Virus record (IMG/VR): IMGVR_UViG_3300025009_000300
Coordinates: 1-32,335 of that record
Strand: one strand, 5' to 3'
DNA: 32,335 nt
From: a virus
Lineage: Duplodnaviria; Caudoviricetes
Shown piece after piece: positions 1-7,947 of this stretch (position 1 is its first letter; each line of letters begins with the position of its first letter). A program made the translations under genes and the position numbers. The notes beneath the pieces were generated by a model. That model was not told where the DNA came from and did not search any database. It worked only from the letters and a program-made list of their open reading frames with translations.

Positions 1-117
1 GTCAGGCTGATATACCCGAGACATCCTGTAGTGTACCTTAGCTTCTCTGCTCTCGTACTCGGCAGTTGGTAATAGGGCCGCTACTGTCGCTTCAAACTTG
101 CTCTTGTACTTCCCCAT
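1..117 (-). CDS. T7 endonuclease I-like Holliday junction resolvase (N-terminal part, runs off the window edge)
   Basis: Not in the ORF track. Manual translation from ATG 117 gives MGKYKSKFEATVAALLPTAEYESREAKVHYRMSRVYQPD, matching the Y-x-S-x-(L/F)-E ... YE ... Y-x-PD(F) pattern of T7 gp3. It overlaps the exonuclease stop. Confidence 0.75.
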   Translation of the reverse strand, partial: MGKYKSKFEATVAALLPTAEYESREAKVHYRMSRVYQPD

Positions 118-1228
118 TTTCTGGGGTTTCTTGGAGTATCGCTTGTATCTCACTTGGTAACATTGCTCCTCTAGTAAGTGGTGGTTCCCAAACTTCTTTA
201 GGGTCTCTAAGTAAATGAACCTGCTTCGCCACGTTTGTTAGTGCTGCTAAAGCAAGGTCATACTTATCATTTGGTGTTAGATACCCAGACATTTCCTGCG
301 GGATGTTCTTCTCTACATCCTTGAGATAAGCAAGAAGAGACGCAATGAAGAAGCTTTCATCTAAATCAGAATCCCTTGTAGCTAGGATTTTCTCAGCAGT
401 CTTGGGGCCTACACCAGAGATACCGTAGATGCCATCAGTTACGTCTCCCATGAGTACCTGTTTCCAGAAGTTGTAACGAGCAGTGATATCGTTGATACTC
501 TGAAGCTCATCTTTGATCGGATTGTAATGAACCCCTGGAATCTGTAGCAAATCTTTGTCTACAGAGACAATCACATTGGCTACTCCAAGTTCATTCAGTT
601 GCTTGTTCCTGATAGCCAACACATCGTCTGCTTCGAGTCTATCCACAGACATTGCTCCGAACTTGTCCATCAAGTACTGCTTACAAGCGTTCAGATGCAC
701 TGGCTTGTGTTCTTCCTTGCGCTTCTCTTTGTACGATGGATTCACTTCCTTTCGAAAGTTAGTAGCTCCAGTGAGGTAGAGTTCGAAGAAAAGCCTATCT
801 GTATTTCCAATCTTATCTGCTATAGTGTTATACATGCTCTCCAGCGCCATAGCTACATTGTGTATAGCATATGACTCTGGTTCTGGTTTTAATACTGTAG
901 TGATCTTGGGATTCTCGATACCATTGGCTACACAGTAGGCGTCCATGTCCTTCTTGTATCGAGTAGTGTAACCCTTGGCACTGTGTACCCCTGGCTCATT
1001 GGATACTTTGTATCTCACCTTATACATCTTCCCATCACAAGTAGCTGCTGCTCTGTATGCAAATACATCAGCATCTATCAAGTACACTACATCACTTGAG
1101 TTCGGCTCAGCGAACCCAGTCCTGCATACCATACTCGACAAGGGATTCTTCTTTGGCTCCTTGTAAGTACCATTCTTTTTCATGTCTTCTATTTGATCTG
1201 AAATCAGCATAACATCTTTGTTTGCCAT
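92..1228 (-). CDS. 5'-3' exonuclease (T7 gp6 / FEN-like)
   Basis: Motifs LIDAD, NFRK..YK..R, LEADD, SVDKDLLQIPG, GDVTDGIYGISGVGPKTA (helix-hairpin-helix). Confidence 0.93.
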   Translation of the reverse strand: MANKDVMLISDQIEDMKKNGTYKEPKKNPLSSMVCRTGFAEPNSSDVVYLIDADVFAYRAAATCDGKMYKVRYKVSNEPGVHSAKGYTTRYKKDMDAYCVANGIENPKITTVLKPEPESYAIHNVAMALESMYNTIADKIGNTDRLFFELYLTGATNFRKEVNPSYKEKRKEEHKPVHLNACKQYLMDKFGAMSVDRLEADDVLAIRNKQLNELGVANVIVSVDKDLLQIPGVHYNPIKDELQSINDITARYNFWKQVLMGDVTDGIYGISGVGPKTAEKILATRDSDLDESFFIASLLAYLKDVEKNIPQEMSGYLTPNDKYDLALAALTNVAKQVHLLRDPKEVWEPPLTRGAMLPSEIQAILQETPENGEVQEQV

Positions 1229-1279
1229 CAGTTAATCTCCAGTTGCCACTGAGTTTAGTTCTAAAGTTCCTCTGTACCA

Positions 1280-1367
1280 GAAAAGAAAGCCTTGTCTCAG
1301 GTACCTGAGAAATGCTGCTAAGACGGCGTTAGGTCTGCACCAGAATTTCTGTCTCCAGAGACAAGGC
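1280..1367 (-). terminator. Long stem-loop with U-rich tail after ssb (terminator or processing site)
   Basis: GCCTTGTCTC (1289-1298) / GAGACAAGGC (1358-1367) 10-bp inverted repeat, an inner AGAAATTCTG/CAGCATTTCT stem, then TTTCTTTTC on the minus strand. Confidence 0.55.
1350..1363. repeat. 14-bp palindrome TGTCTCYRGAGACA
   Basis: TGTCTCCAGAGACA, intergenic after ssb. Confidence 0.95.
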
Positions 1368-1373
1368 AGTTGT

Positions 1374-1847
1374 TTAGAATACTATGTTGTTCGATCCAGC
1401 GCCGTTGAAAGCTACAAGGTTCTCTACTACTACCTTGTCAAAATAAAGTGGAAGGTGGGTCTTCCCTGCTACTGAGAAGAACTTAGCGGAGCAGTGCACT
1501 GTGACAATGCTACCGTTCCCTATTGCGTCAGTACATGGAGTGCCATCGGGGAACTCCACTACAGGAGGGGTGCGAAGTGTCCCGTCTGGGTTATGTACTT
1601 TGCGTTTAGCAGTGATGAAGTACTCACCTTCCTTTTCCTTGACCGGGAATCCAATGGCTTTCATCTCGGTATATTGAGCTTCACTCAGTAACAAGTCAAT
1701 CTTCCAAGCTGGTTTAATAGAGTATTTGGCGTTCCCTTCATCCGGCTTATGGACCCTAGCCCATCGGCATTCTGTGCTCTGAATCTGAAACTTCTGATAC
1801 TTCCCTTCAAAAGCGCTCTGCATTTCTTGAATCGTTGGTTTACTCAT
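1374..1847 (-). CDS. Single-stranded DNA-binding protein (T7 gp2.5-like)
   Basis: WARVHKPD, WKIDL, PPVV...DAIGNGS.V.V motifs of gp2.5-like OB-fold SSBs. Start moved to ATG 1847, which follows a GGAGG RBS. Confidence 0.8.
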   Translation of the reverse strand: MSKPTIQEMQSAFEGKYQKFQIQSTECRWARVHKPDEGNAKYSIKPAWKIDLLLSEAQYTEMKAIGFPVKEKEGEYFITAKRKVHNPDGTLRTPPVVEFPDGTPCTDAIGNGSIVTVHCSAKFFSVAGKTHLPLYFDKVVVENLVAFNGAGSNNIVF

Positions 1848-1860
1848 TTGTTTTCCTCCG

Positions 1861-1965
1861 TTGCATTGGGTTACATTGGGTTGCATTGGTTCTGTTCAGT
1901 AATCACGTTAGTCTTCCCTTGGTTCATTTGCCCATCTTGGTTTACTTGGTTTGCATCGGTTCACT
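1861..1965 (-). repeat. A/C-rich short repeats in the ssb 5' leader
   Basis: Three tandem 10-mers TTRCATTGGK at 1861-1890, plus several AACCAAG/AACCGAT units on the minus strand up to about 1965. Confidence 0.7.
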
Positions 1966-1978
1966 CAGTGGCAACCAA

Positions 1979-2007
1979 ATAGTACCAAACCTAGTACATC
2001 TTGTCAA
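1979..2007 (-). promoter_or_regulatory. Housekeeping sigma70/sigmaA-type promoter for ssb-exonuclease-endonuclease
   Basis: TTGACA (2007-2002), 17-nt spacer, TACTAT (1984-1979), with an extended -10 TGn. Confidence 0.8.
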
Positions 2008-2243
2008 GCATCTGTAAGTAATTGGATTGGTTCAAAGTCTTCTCGTTCTCCCCAGTATGTTGTTGAAACCCCCTTAGCCAAAGTTTCAAACTCATCTTCC
2101 AAAATAACAAGGATGTGTTCTCCATCTGAGTCCTCCCCTACAATCATTATTAAGTCTCCAATATTAAGATCATAAATTGATTCAGAGACTCCAGATTTAT
2201 TTATTGTTACTGCGTAATAAGGTTCATCATAATACTTTTTCAC
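2004..2243 (-). CDS. Hypothetical acidic protein
   Basis: 79-aa ORF overlapping the sigma gene stop by 4 nt; AT-rich. Confidence 0.6.
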   Translation of the reverse strand: MKKYYDEPYYAVTINKSGVSESIYDLNIGDLIMIVGEDSDGEHILVILEDEFETLAKGVSTTYWGEREDFEPIQLLTDA

Positions 2244-2881
2244 CCCAATACCCCCTTGCCCTTATGTATAATAGTCTTTATAGCCAGAGCCACGGTCTGC
2301 CTTGATACCCCGAGTCTCTTAGCTACCTCTTGATCCGAGTTGCCATAGTGTAAGTAAAGTTCAAGTATCTCTCTTTGCCTAGCAGTGAGTTTTGCTTTGT
2401 TCAGAACATCTTCGAGTTCCATTTCAATCACATGGTGGTCTGCCTTAGGGTCATCTATGGACTCTTCAAAATTAATAGGCTCAGGGATATCCCATAAATG
2501 AGATTCATTATTTATTATCTCTTCTATAGAATACTTAGATTCCTTGGAGTTCCCATTAATACCCTTGGTACCCTTGGATTTCTTAGTACTCTTGTATCTA
2601 AAATTCCTATACTCTTTTCTTTCATAAAGGTAACAAGAAAACAGTACTCTCTGGTATACAAAGGTATTCATTGGTACCCCTAGGTCTGGGTTGAACATAT
2701 GCCTTGCTTCCATGAGCCAGATGAAAGCCTCTTGTTCCATATCCTCTCGGAATGGCTGAAGGTGTTTTTTGAAAGATAGGAATTTGTTTACTACATACTT
2801 ACAAAAAGATATATCATTCTTGATATCCTTGTCATCGTACTCATACTTCCCAGGCTTAGGTATCACTTTAGCTTCACTCAT
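2240..2881 (-). CDS. Phage-encoded sigma70-family RNA polymerase sigma factor (regions 2 and 4)
   Basis: Region 2-like EDMEQEAFIWLMEARHMFNPDLGVPMNTFVYQRV and region 4 HTH LTARQREILELY...DQEVAKRLGVSRQTV. Confidence 0.85.
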   Translation of the reverse strand: MSEAKVIPKPGKYEYDDKDIKNDISFCKYVVNKFLSFKKHLQPFREDMEQEAFIWLMEARHMFNPDLGVPMNTFVYQRVLFSCYLYERKEYRNFRYKSTKKSKGTKGINGNSKESKYSIEEIINNESHLWDIPEPINFEESIDDPKADHHVIEMELEDVLNKAKLTARQREILELYLHYGNSDQEVAKRLGVSRQTVALAIKTIIHKGKGVLG

Positions 2882-3165
2882 ATATCCTCTTGTATTAGTG
2901 TTATTTCTTCTAACTCATGACAATACCAATCCCAGATACCAGTGCTTGTAATAAATTCATTCTCTTTAAAATTAAAGTCTAAGTTTATAAAGAAAGGCTT
3001 TAAACCTTCATGTTTAGCAACTTTAGTTGCCTCAGTAACTCTACAAAGAAATCCTACTTTAGCTATTGATCCGCTAGGATTAGTCGAAGCAATAGAGTTT
3101 ACTACTAATATAGTCCCAACCGGAGGGAGCTTAGGCCCCTTGGAATTCTTAGTGCACTTCTGCAT
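2878..3165 (-). CDS. Hypothetical protein
   Basis: ORF between pol and sigma; start set at ATG 3165 after GGAGGTAA; AT-rich. Confidence 0.6.
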   Translation of the reverse strand: MQKCTKNSKGPKLPPVGTILVVNSIASTNPSGSIAKVGFLCRVTEATKVAKHEGLKPFFINLDFNFKENEFITSTGIWDWYCHELEEITLIQEDI

Positions 3166-5062
3166 AGTTACCTCCAAATTTCACATCACATTCAATGGGA
3201 ATCTTTATGTCGTAGAATTCCCCTGCTGCTTTTGCTGTTCTTTTTAAGTTCTTTTCAATCCAATCTCTATTTGCGGGGCTATCGGTTACTTCATGCTCAA
3301 GCTCATCATGGTAAGCGATAAGTTGTTTTATAAGAACCCCGATGATTCCGCAGTACCACTCATACGTTAGCACCATCCAACGCTTGAAGATGATAGCTGC
3401 GGAACTCTGGATCAAGCTGTTGAGTAGCTTGTGATCACTCCTGATAAACACCTTACGCCCGTCCAGACCATAGATGAACCCTTGATTCCTTCTGAATGAC
3501 TGGACCAAGAGTTCCCTGATTTTATCTAGGCCCTTGTTAATCCTCCAGTATTCTTTGACTAGCTTCCTAGCTTTACTTACTGGTATCTTAAGTAACTTAC
3601 TCAGCTTCTCTGGACCAGCACCGTAGCTTAGTGAATACAGAAAAATCTTAGCATCGTTCCTGGATATCCCCAGAGTCCTTGCATTGTATGTATGGATGTC
3701 CTCTTGTAACAAGACGTTTATCAATGCGCCTCCATCAAACATAGCCGAGTAGTGCCCCATGAGCCTAGCTTCAATCCCCTTGAGATCAGAGCCTACCATT
3801 ACCATACCTTCGGGTACCTTAAACAACTCCCTTAACTCTGTACCGTAAGCACTTGTAACTCTGGGTAAATTCACTACCTTACCTGAGTGCCTGTACCTAG
3901 CAGTAGGAGTACCACAAGTTATCCCTTCCGCTGGGAGTCTACCGTCCGATCTGACCTCACCTATTGCACCCTTACTACAGTCCTTCTCATTGACTAAGAA
4001 TGACATACGATGCTTCAAAGTCAAGAGGTGAGCAATGTCTTTACCGAGACCAGTTGGCAATGAATCATACGATTCCTCTGTGAGTTTCGGTGAGGACTTT
4101 TCCTTAGTACCCTTCTTATAGTTCCACTCAGTAGGTTCCCAGCCGAGGCCAAGAAGCACTCCCTTTAGCTCGTCTGGGGATTTAACATTGACTTGCCTGA
4201 ACCCCACTCTGGAGAAGGGTCCAACTGCTAGACTTGAATGGGGACCATTGTCACTAACGTACTTCATAGCCCTAGTTGACAGAGAACCGTTAGCATTGAA
4301 TGGCTTACTTACTTCGATAACCCCTTTGGTCTTCTCTTGAATCCAAGGGAGCCTTGACTGTACTTCAATCTCTAGCTCAGAGAATTCTTGGGATAGATTG
4401 TTGTAGAGATCAATGGCTCTGTCTGTATCGAACAGTACTCCACTCAGCACTTGTCCTGAGTGTATCCATAGAACCTTCTGCTCCAAGTCCACTGCTGATT
4501 GCCAAATGGGCTCCTGTTTACCCTTGATCTCTCTGGTTTTATAGAGTCCCTTGTTCTTCCCAAAGTACTCATACAGTTTCCAGTTCAGCTCCACATCCCC
4601 AATACATCTGGTTAGCATATCCTCTGATAACTGGGTCCAGTCATTGTGTTCTATCTTGGGGGTACCTAAGATACCTCCCCAGTATTCCAACGAATTCTCT
4701 GTCTCTGGAGACAAGACCTGAGAGACTGACATAGTATCTAGTATCTGGGAATTCCAAGGAGTGATCTCAGTACCCCTAGATAACCCAAGCTTCTTAATCA
4801 GAGGCAGATCAAAGCCACATATGTTGTGTCCAACCAGAGTACGACTGTCATTAATAAAATTCTTAAGCTCTCTAATCCCATCAGCTATCCCACCCCATCT
4901 GTTGTGTAAAGAACTTTTGATACTATGTATATCATCATAGAAAAGATAAGTATTCATGCTAGTTTTAATCACTATACAATGTATCTTAGTAGCCTCGAAC
5001 AGCAGCCCATCTGCCTCTATGTCAAAGACTACGGTGTTCGCTGGATTGTATTCCCATGCCAT
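3149..5062 (-). CDS. DNA polymerase family A (T7-like) with 3'-5' exonuclease
   Basis: ExoI FDIEAD, ExoII GHNICGFD, motif A SDLKGIEAR, motif B RNDAKIFLYSLSYGAG, motif C YHDE. Confidence 0.97.
   Translation of the reverse strand: MAWEYNPANTVVFDIEADGLLFEATKIHCIVIKTSMNTYLFYDDIHSIKSSLHNRWGGIADGIRELKNFINDSRTLVGHNICGFDLPLIKKLGLSRGTEITPWNSQILDTMSVSQVLSPETENSLEYWGGILGTPKIEHNDWTQLSEDMLTRCIGDVELNWKLYEYFGKNKGLYKTREIKGKQEPIWQSAVDLEQKVLWIHSGQVLSGVLFDTDRAIDLYNNLSQEFSELEIEVQSRLPWIQEKTKGVIEVSKPFNANGSLSTRAMKYVSDNGPHSSLAVGPFSRVGFRQVNVKSPDELKGVLLGLGWEPTEWNYKKGTKEKSSPKLTEESYDSLPTGLGKDIAHLLTLKHRMSFLVNEKDCSKGAIGEVRSDGRLPAEGITCGTPTARYRHSGKVVNLPRVTSAYGTELRELFKVPEGMVMVGSDLKGIEARLMGHYSAMFDGGALINVLLQEDIHTYNARTLGISRNDAKIFLYSLSYGAGPEKLSKLLKIPVSKARKLVKEYWRINKGLDKIRELLVQSFRRNQGFIYGLDGRKVFIRSDHKLLNSLIQSSAAIIFKRWMVLTYEWYCGIIGVLIKQLIAYHDELEHEVTDSPANRDWIEKNLKRTAKAAGEFYDIKIPIECDVKFGGNYAEVH
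4700..4713. repeat. 14-bp palindrome TGTCTCYRGAGACA
   Basis: TGTCTCTGGAGACA inside the polymerase gene (LSPET). Confidence 0.95.
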
Positions 5063-5064
5063 GA

Positions 5065-5277
5065 TTACCTCCGGTTACTAGTAACTCCGAGAGCCTTTTT
5101 ATATAAGAATATTCTCTCCTCTAGAATTTCTATAGATTTTCCTTGGTAATAAATTGAACCTTCAGCAAGAACCACTATGATCCACACAAAAGCAGCATGG
5201 TAATTACCAGAGATACCAGCGTTCACTCCTCCTAAAAATGCAACTATAATCATGAGTACTTCTAAGTTAATCTTCAT
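5065..5277 (-). CDS. Small membrane protein (two hydrophobic segments)
   Basis: VLMIIVAFLGG and AAFVWIIVVLA segments; ATGA overlap with the upstream gene. Confidence 0.6.
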   Translation of the reverse strand: MKINLEVLMIIVAFLGGVNAGISGNYHAAFVWIIVVLAEGSIYYQGKSIEILEERIFLYKKALGVTSNRR

Positions 5278-5516
5278 TGTTCCTCCCGATTCACTTGGAT
5301 TCTCTCAGTTATCTTCCAGCCATGAGCATCACATCCGTTTAATGTGCACGAAAGTCTTCCTTCTTTTATCTGGCTTTCTAAAAGAGTTACGTCATCTCCT
5401 GGCCCATAGGGCATTATTAGTTGACAAGGTTCAGTGCAAGAGTCACCATTCAAACAAGCAGTGCACTCAAGGATTATATAAAGAGTTGCACTTTTATCCC
5501 TGGTTCCTAAACTCAT
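5274..5516 (-). CDS. Small Cys-rich protein, paralog family member
   Basis: ECTAC..PC..C..W pattern; start reassigned to ATG 5516 after AGGAGG. Confidence 0.65.
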   Translation of the reverse strand: MSLGTRDKSATLYIILECTACLNGDSCTEPCQLIMPYGPGDDVTLLESQIKEGRLSCTLNGCDAHGWKITERIQVNREEQ

Positions 5517-5673
5517 CGAACTCCCTCCTGAACTCATTAAGAATACCTTGGACTTCGTACCAGTCATCTTCGGACCTTAGGTCACTGTGATCCTCTTCTT
5601 CCCAGCGTACCTTAGTTTTTCCCTTGCTCTCCTCTGCTTCAACTGCCATAAGAATATCTAATGTTTCGAACAT
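5494..5673 (-). CDS. Small highly acidic protein (59 aa)
   Basis: Manual translation MFETLDILMAVEAEESKGKTKVRWEEEDHSDLRSEDDWYEVQGILNEFRREFDEFRNQG; GAGGGGG upstream; fills the operon gap. Confidence 0.65.
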   Translation of the reverse strand: MFETLDILMAVEAEESKGKTKVRWEEEDHSDLRSEDDWYEVQGILNEFRREFDEFRNQG

Positions 5674-5678
5674 GATAC

Positions 5679-5858
5679 CTAGTCCCCCTCAACTGTCTCA
5701 AATACTTCTTTGATTTCCCACTTAGCTTCACAGTCTCTGGATGCTGGGCAAGAGAAATATTCTAGCATTACACTAGAATCCTCAGTATCCTTATAGTATA
5801 ACTCACATGGATGCCTACATACACCACAGACTAGCAATGTGATCTTAGTTTTCAGCAT
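5679..5858 (-). CDS. Small Cys-rich protein (59 aa), paralog of 5862-6044
   Basis: Manual translation MLKTKITLLVCGVCRHPCELYYKDTEDSSVMLEYFSCPASRDCEAKWEIKEVFETVEGD. Confidence 0.8.
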   Translation of the reverse strand: MLKTKITLLVCGVCRHPCELYYKDTEDSSVMLEYFSCPASRDCEAKWEIKEVFETVEGD

Positions 5859-5861
5859 AGC

Positions 5862-6044
5862 TCAATTCTCCCTCTCTACTTCATCAAAGACTTCAACTAT
5901 TTTCCACTTTGCTTTGTCTCGGTCTCTTTTTATAGCAATACACCCCAAGTCTTCTATTGGCGTAAGCGTACCATTGGTACCATAATAGAACTCACAAGGT
6001 ATTGAACACTCATTGCATACCATGTATTGCACTCTATTAGCCAT
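5862..6044 (-). CDS. Small Cys-rich protein (60 aa), paralog family member
   Basis: VCNECSIPCEFYY...C...RD..AKWKIVEVF; GGAGGAG RBS. Confidence 0.8.
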   Translation of the reverse strand: MANRVQYMVCNECSIPCEFYYGTNGTLTPIEDLGCIAIKRDRDKAKWKIVEVFDEVEREN

Positions 6045-6057
6045 TGCTCACTCCTCC

Positions 6058-7710
6058 TCAGAATACCATAGCAGGTTCAAGGTAATCTCCGGTAGTCGCA
6101 TCATACGCTACCGGGAATCTCCCAGCATTACCAAAGTTTCTATCCTCTAACAACACAAACTGGCTTGTGTTTCTCTCTGCTTCCTCGAGGTTTGGGTCTT
6201 TGTTTCTCTCGATACCAAGCATATAGAAGCAGTTCTCCATCATCGCTCTACTTCCTCGGAACTGGACAGATTCAACCTTTCCCCCTCGCTCATGAGGCAC
6301 ACCATTTGTAGGAGCTTTAAGGTGACAAGTGACGATGTAGAAGAAGCCCAAGTCCTGAGCCATACAAGCGAGTTCATCGCTGATCTTTCTGAGCTCAGTC
6401 TCAGTGTCAGATGGGCTGAGGTGATTAGTAAGCTTCGTAATAGGGTCAATGATAATTGTTTTACTACCCTCTGAAACAACATATCTTATGTACTCCTTTA
6501 AGGTTGCCCAGTCAGCTTGACCAAACGCTTGATACATGAAAAACTTTCCATCCATAGAATCAATTGTCTGCTCTAACTGGGACAGATTAAACGCTACATC
6601 TGGTTTGTGGTAAGTACATGAATCAATCTTTCCTGCGATCTTCTTAACTGTAAGTGGGGGCTGCTCCTCAAACTTGATTACCGCTGGAATATCCCCGTCG
6701 TTAGCTAGGATTCTATGCTTTATCAGCTCATTGAGCAGCTCAGATTTGCCAATCTTCACCCCCGCTCCAATGAACATACCCTCTCCATCTCTCATCCCAT
6801 ACGTCCACTTCTGCAACGTAGGCCAGGGCCATGAGCGTCCATACTGAGGGGCTACACAGGCTTTCTGTTTGACATCCCGGACTCTGACCAGGAACGGGGG
6901 GCGATACTTCTCCGCTGTATCAAACGCCATAGTAAACTCAGTCTGTCTCCCTGCGATAAGCATATCATTAGCGTCCTTGAGTGGGAGCTTGATGATCTTG
7001 ATACGGGGAAACAACTTAGCCAACTCAGTAGCTAGCTCTTGTCCGGGAGGATCATTGTCAGGAGCAAAGTAGAGTTCACCGATGGACTTCAGTATGTCCA
7101 TGTTGTTCTTTACTACTCCTAGCCCATTGGAGCCAGGGATACCAAGTACCGGAACTCCGGGGTGTGTCTTCTTAAGCATATCAAACACAGCCATAGCATC
7201 TTCTTCACCCTCAGTTAACACTAGACGCCTGGGTACTCCCTTGAGCGTCTGGATACCAAAGAGGTCTTGCTTTCCTTTGAGCTTCTTTACCCAAAAGAAA
7301 TCTTTAGTTTCAATGATTCTCCCTTTGTAAGTGTATGGTGCTCCCTCTACATAGACCGGATAATAGTGCTTCACTGGAGCCCCGTCTACCTGAGAACACT
7401 CAGTAACAACTGAGTACACTCGTCTAGTCTCTACTGAGATACCCCTGTCTGCTACTGATACCAGAGAACTGATATCTGGGGTAGCTGTTGACATAAAAAG
7501 GGTTGTCTCTGGAGACAGAGGCATTGTACCAGAGAGACTCACGATTGTCTCAGTTATCGTGGCGCTCTCTGGTTCTCTAGTCATATACACTGGATGATAC
7601 TTGGTTCCATGCAGACAAGTCCATGTACGCTTGTCATTCATGAGAAACAAGTGGTCCCCTTTTTCGTCCTTTCCGATTGCTCTACATGCTGGGCATGGTC
7701 TGTTATTCAT
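6058..7710 (-). CDS. DNA primase-helicase (T7 gp4-like)
   Basis: N-terminal CPAC...DHL...C zinc domain, TOPRIM TEGEEDA/PDND, Walker A GVKIGKS, IIIDPIT, CHLK, FRGSR, DR.FG.AG. Confidence 0.96.
   Translation of the reverse strand: MNNRPCPACRAIGKDEKGDHLFLMNDKRTWTCLHGTKYHPVYMTREPESATITETIVSLSGTMPLSPETTLFMSTATPDISSLVSVADRGISVETRRVYSVVTECSQVDGAPVKHYYPVYVEGAPYTYKGRIIETKDFFWVKKLKGKQDLFGIQTLKGVPRRLVLTEGEEDAMAVFDMLKKTHPGVPVLGIPGSNGLGVVKNNMDILKSIGELYFAPDNDPPGQELATELAKLFPRIKIIKLPLKDANDMLIAGRQTEFTMAFDTAEKYRPPFLVRVRDVKQKACVAPQYGRSWPWPTLQKWTYGMRDGEGMFIGAGVKIGKSELLNELIKHRILANDGDIPAVIKFEEQPPLTVKKIAGKIDSCTYHKPDVAFNLSQLEQTIDSMDGKFFMYQAFGQADWATLKEYIRYVVSEGSKTIIIDPITKLTNHLSPSDTETELRKISDELACMAQDLGFFYIVTCHLKAPTNGVPHERGGKVESVQFRGSRAMMENCFYMLGIERNKDPNLEEAERNTSQFVLLEDRNFGNAGRFPVAYDATTGDYLEPAMVF
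7504..7517. repeat. 14-bp palindrome TGTCTCYRGAGACA
   Basis: TGTCTCTGGAGACA in the primase linker (LSPET). Confidence 0.95.
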
Positions 7711-7721
7711 AGATACCTCTT

Positions 7722-7937
7722 TTAATTCTTATCAACGTAACACCATTTGACTACATAGCCCTCTCCAAAAAGCACTGGACCACTGGGAAGATACCACTCC
7801 ATAGTACCATGTGAATTCAAGCGATTGAGACAAGCTCTGTCGAATTGATTATCAGTAGTAATTACTAATACCCAGACTCTATCTGGAGGTAATTTATCAG
7901 ATACCATGGTCCAGTTTGTAGACACCTCTTTAACCAT
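7722..7937 (-). CDS. DUF551-like protein
   Basis: WTMVSDKLP...VLV...VVKW signature. Confidence 0.7.
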   Translation of the reverse strand: MVKEVSTNWTMVSDKLPPDRVWVLVITTDNQFDRACLNRLNSHGTMEWYLPSGPVLFGEGYVVKWCYVDKN

Positions 7938-7947
7938 AGTTTACTCC

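Noticed and set aside
556-569. TGTCTACAGAGACA near-match
   Set aside because: It has one internal mismatch and lies in the conserved VSVDKD exonuclease motif, so protein constraint may explain it; not counted.
1289-1367. 79-nt element as a tRNA
   Set aside because: No TTCRA T-loop, D-loop or cloverleaf; it folds as a rod.
5065-5277. Holin call
   Set aside because: It has two hydrophobic segments but sits in the replication operon with no endolysin nearby; left as a membrane protein.
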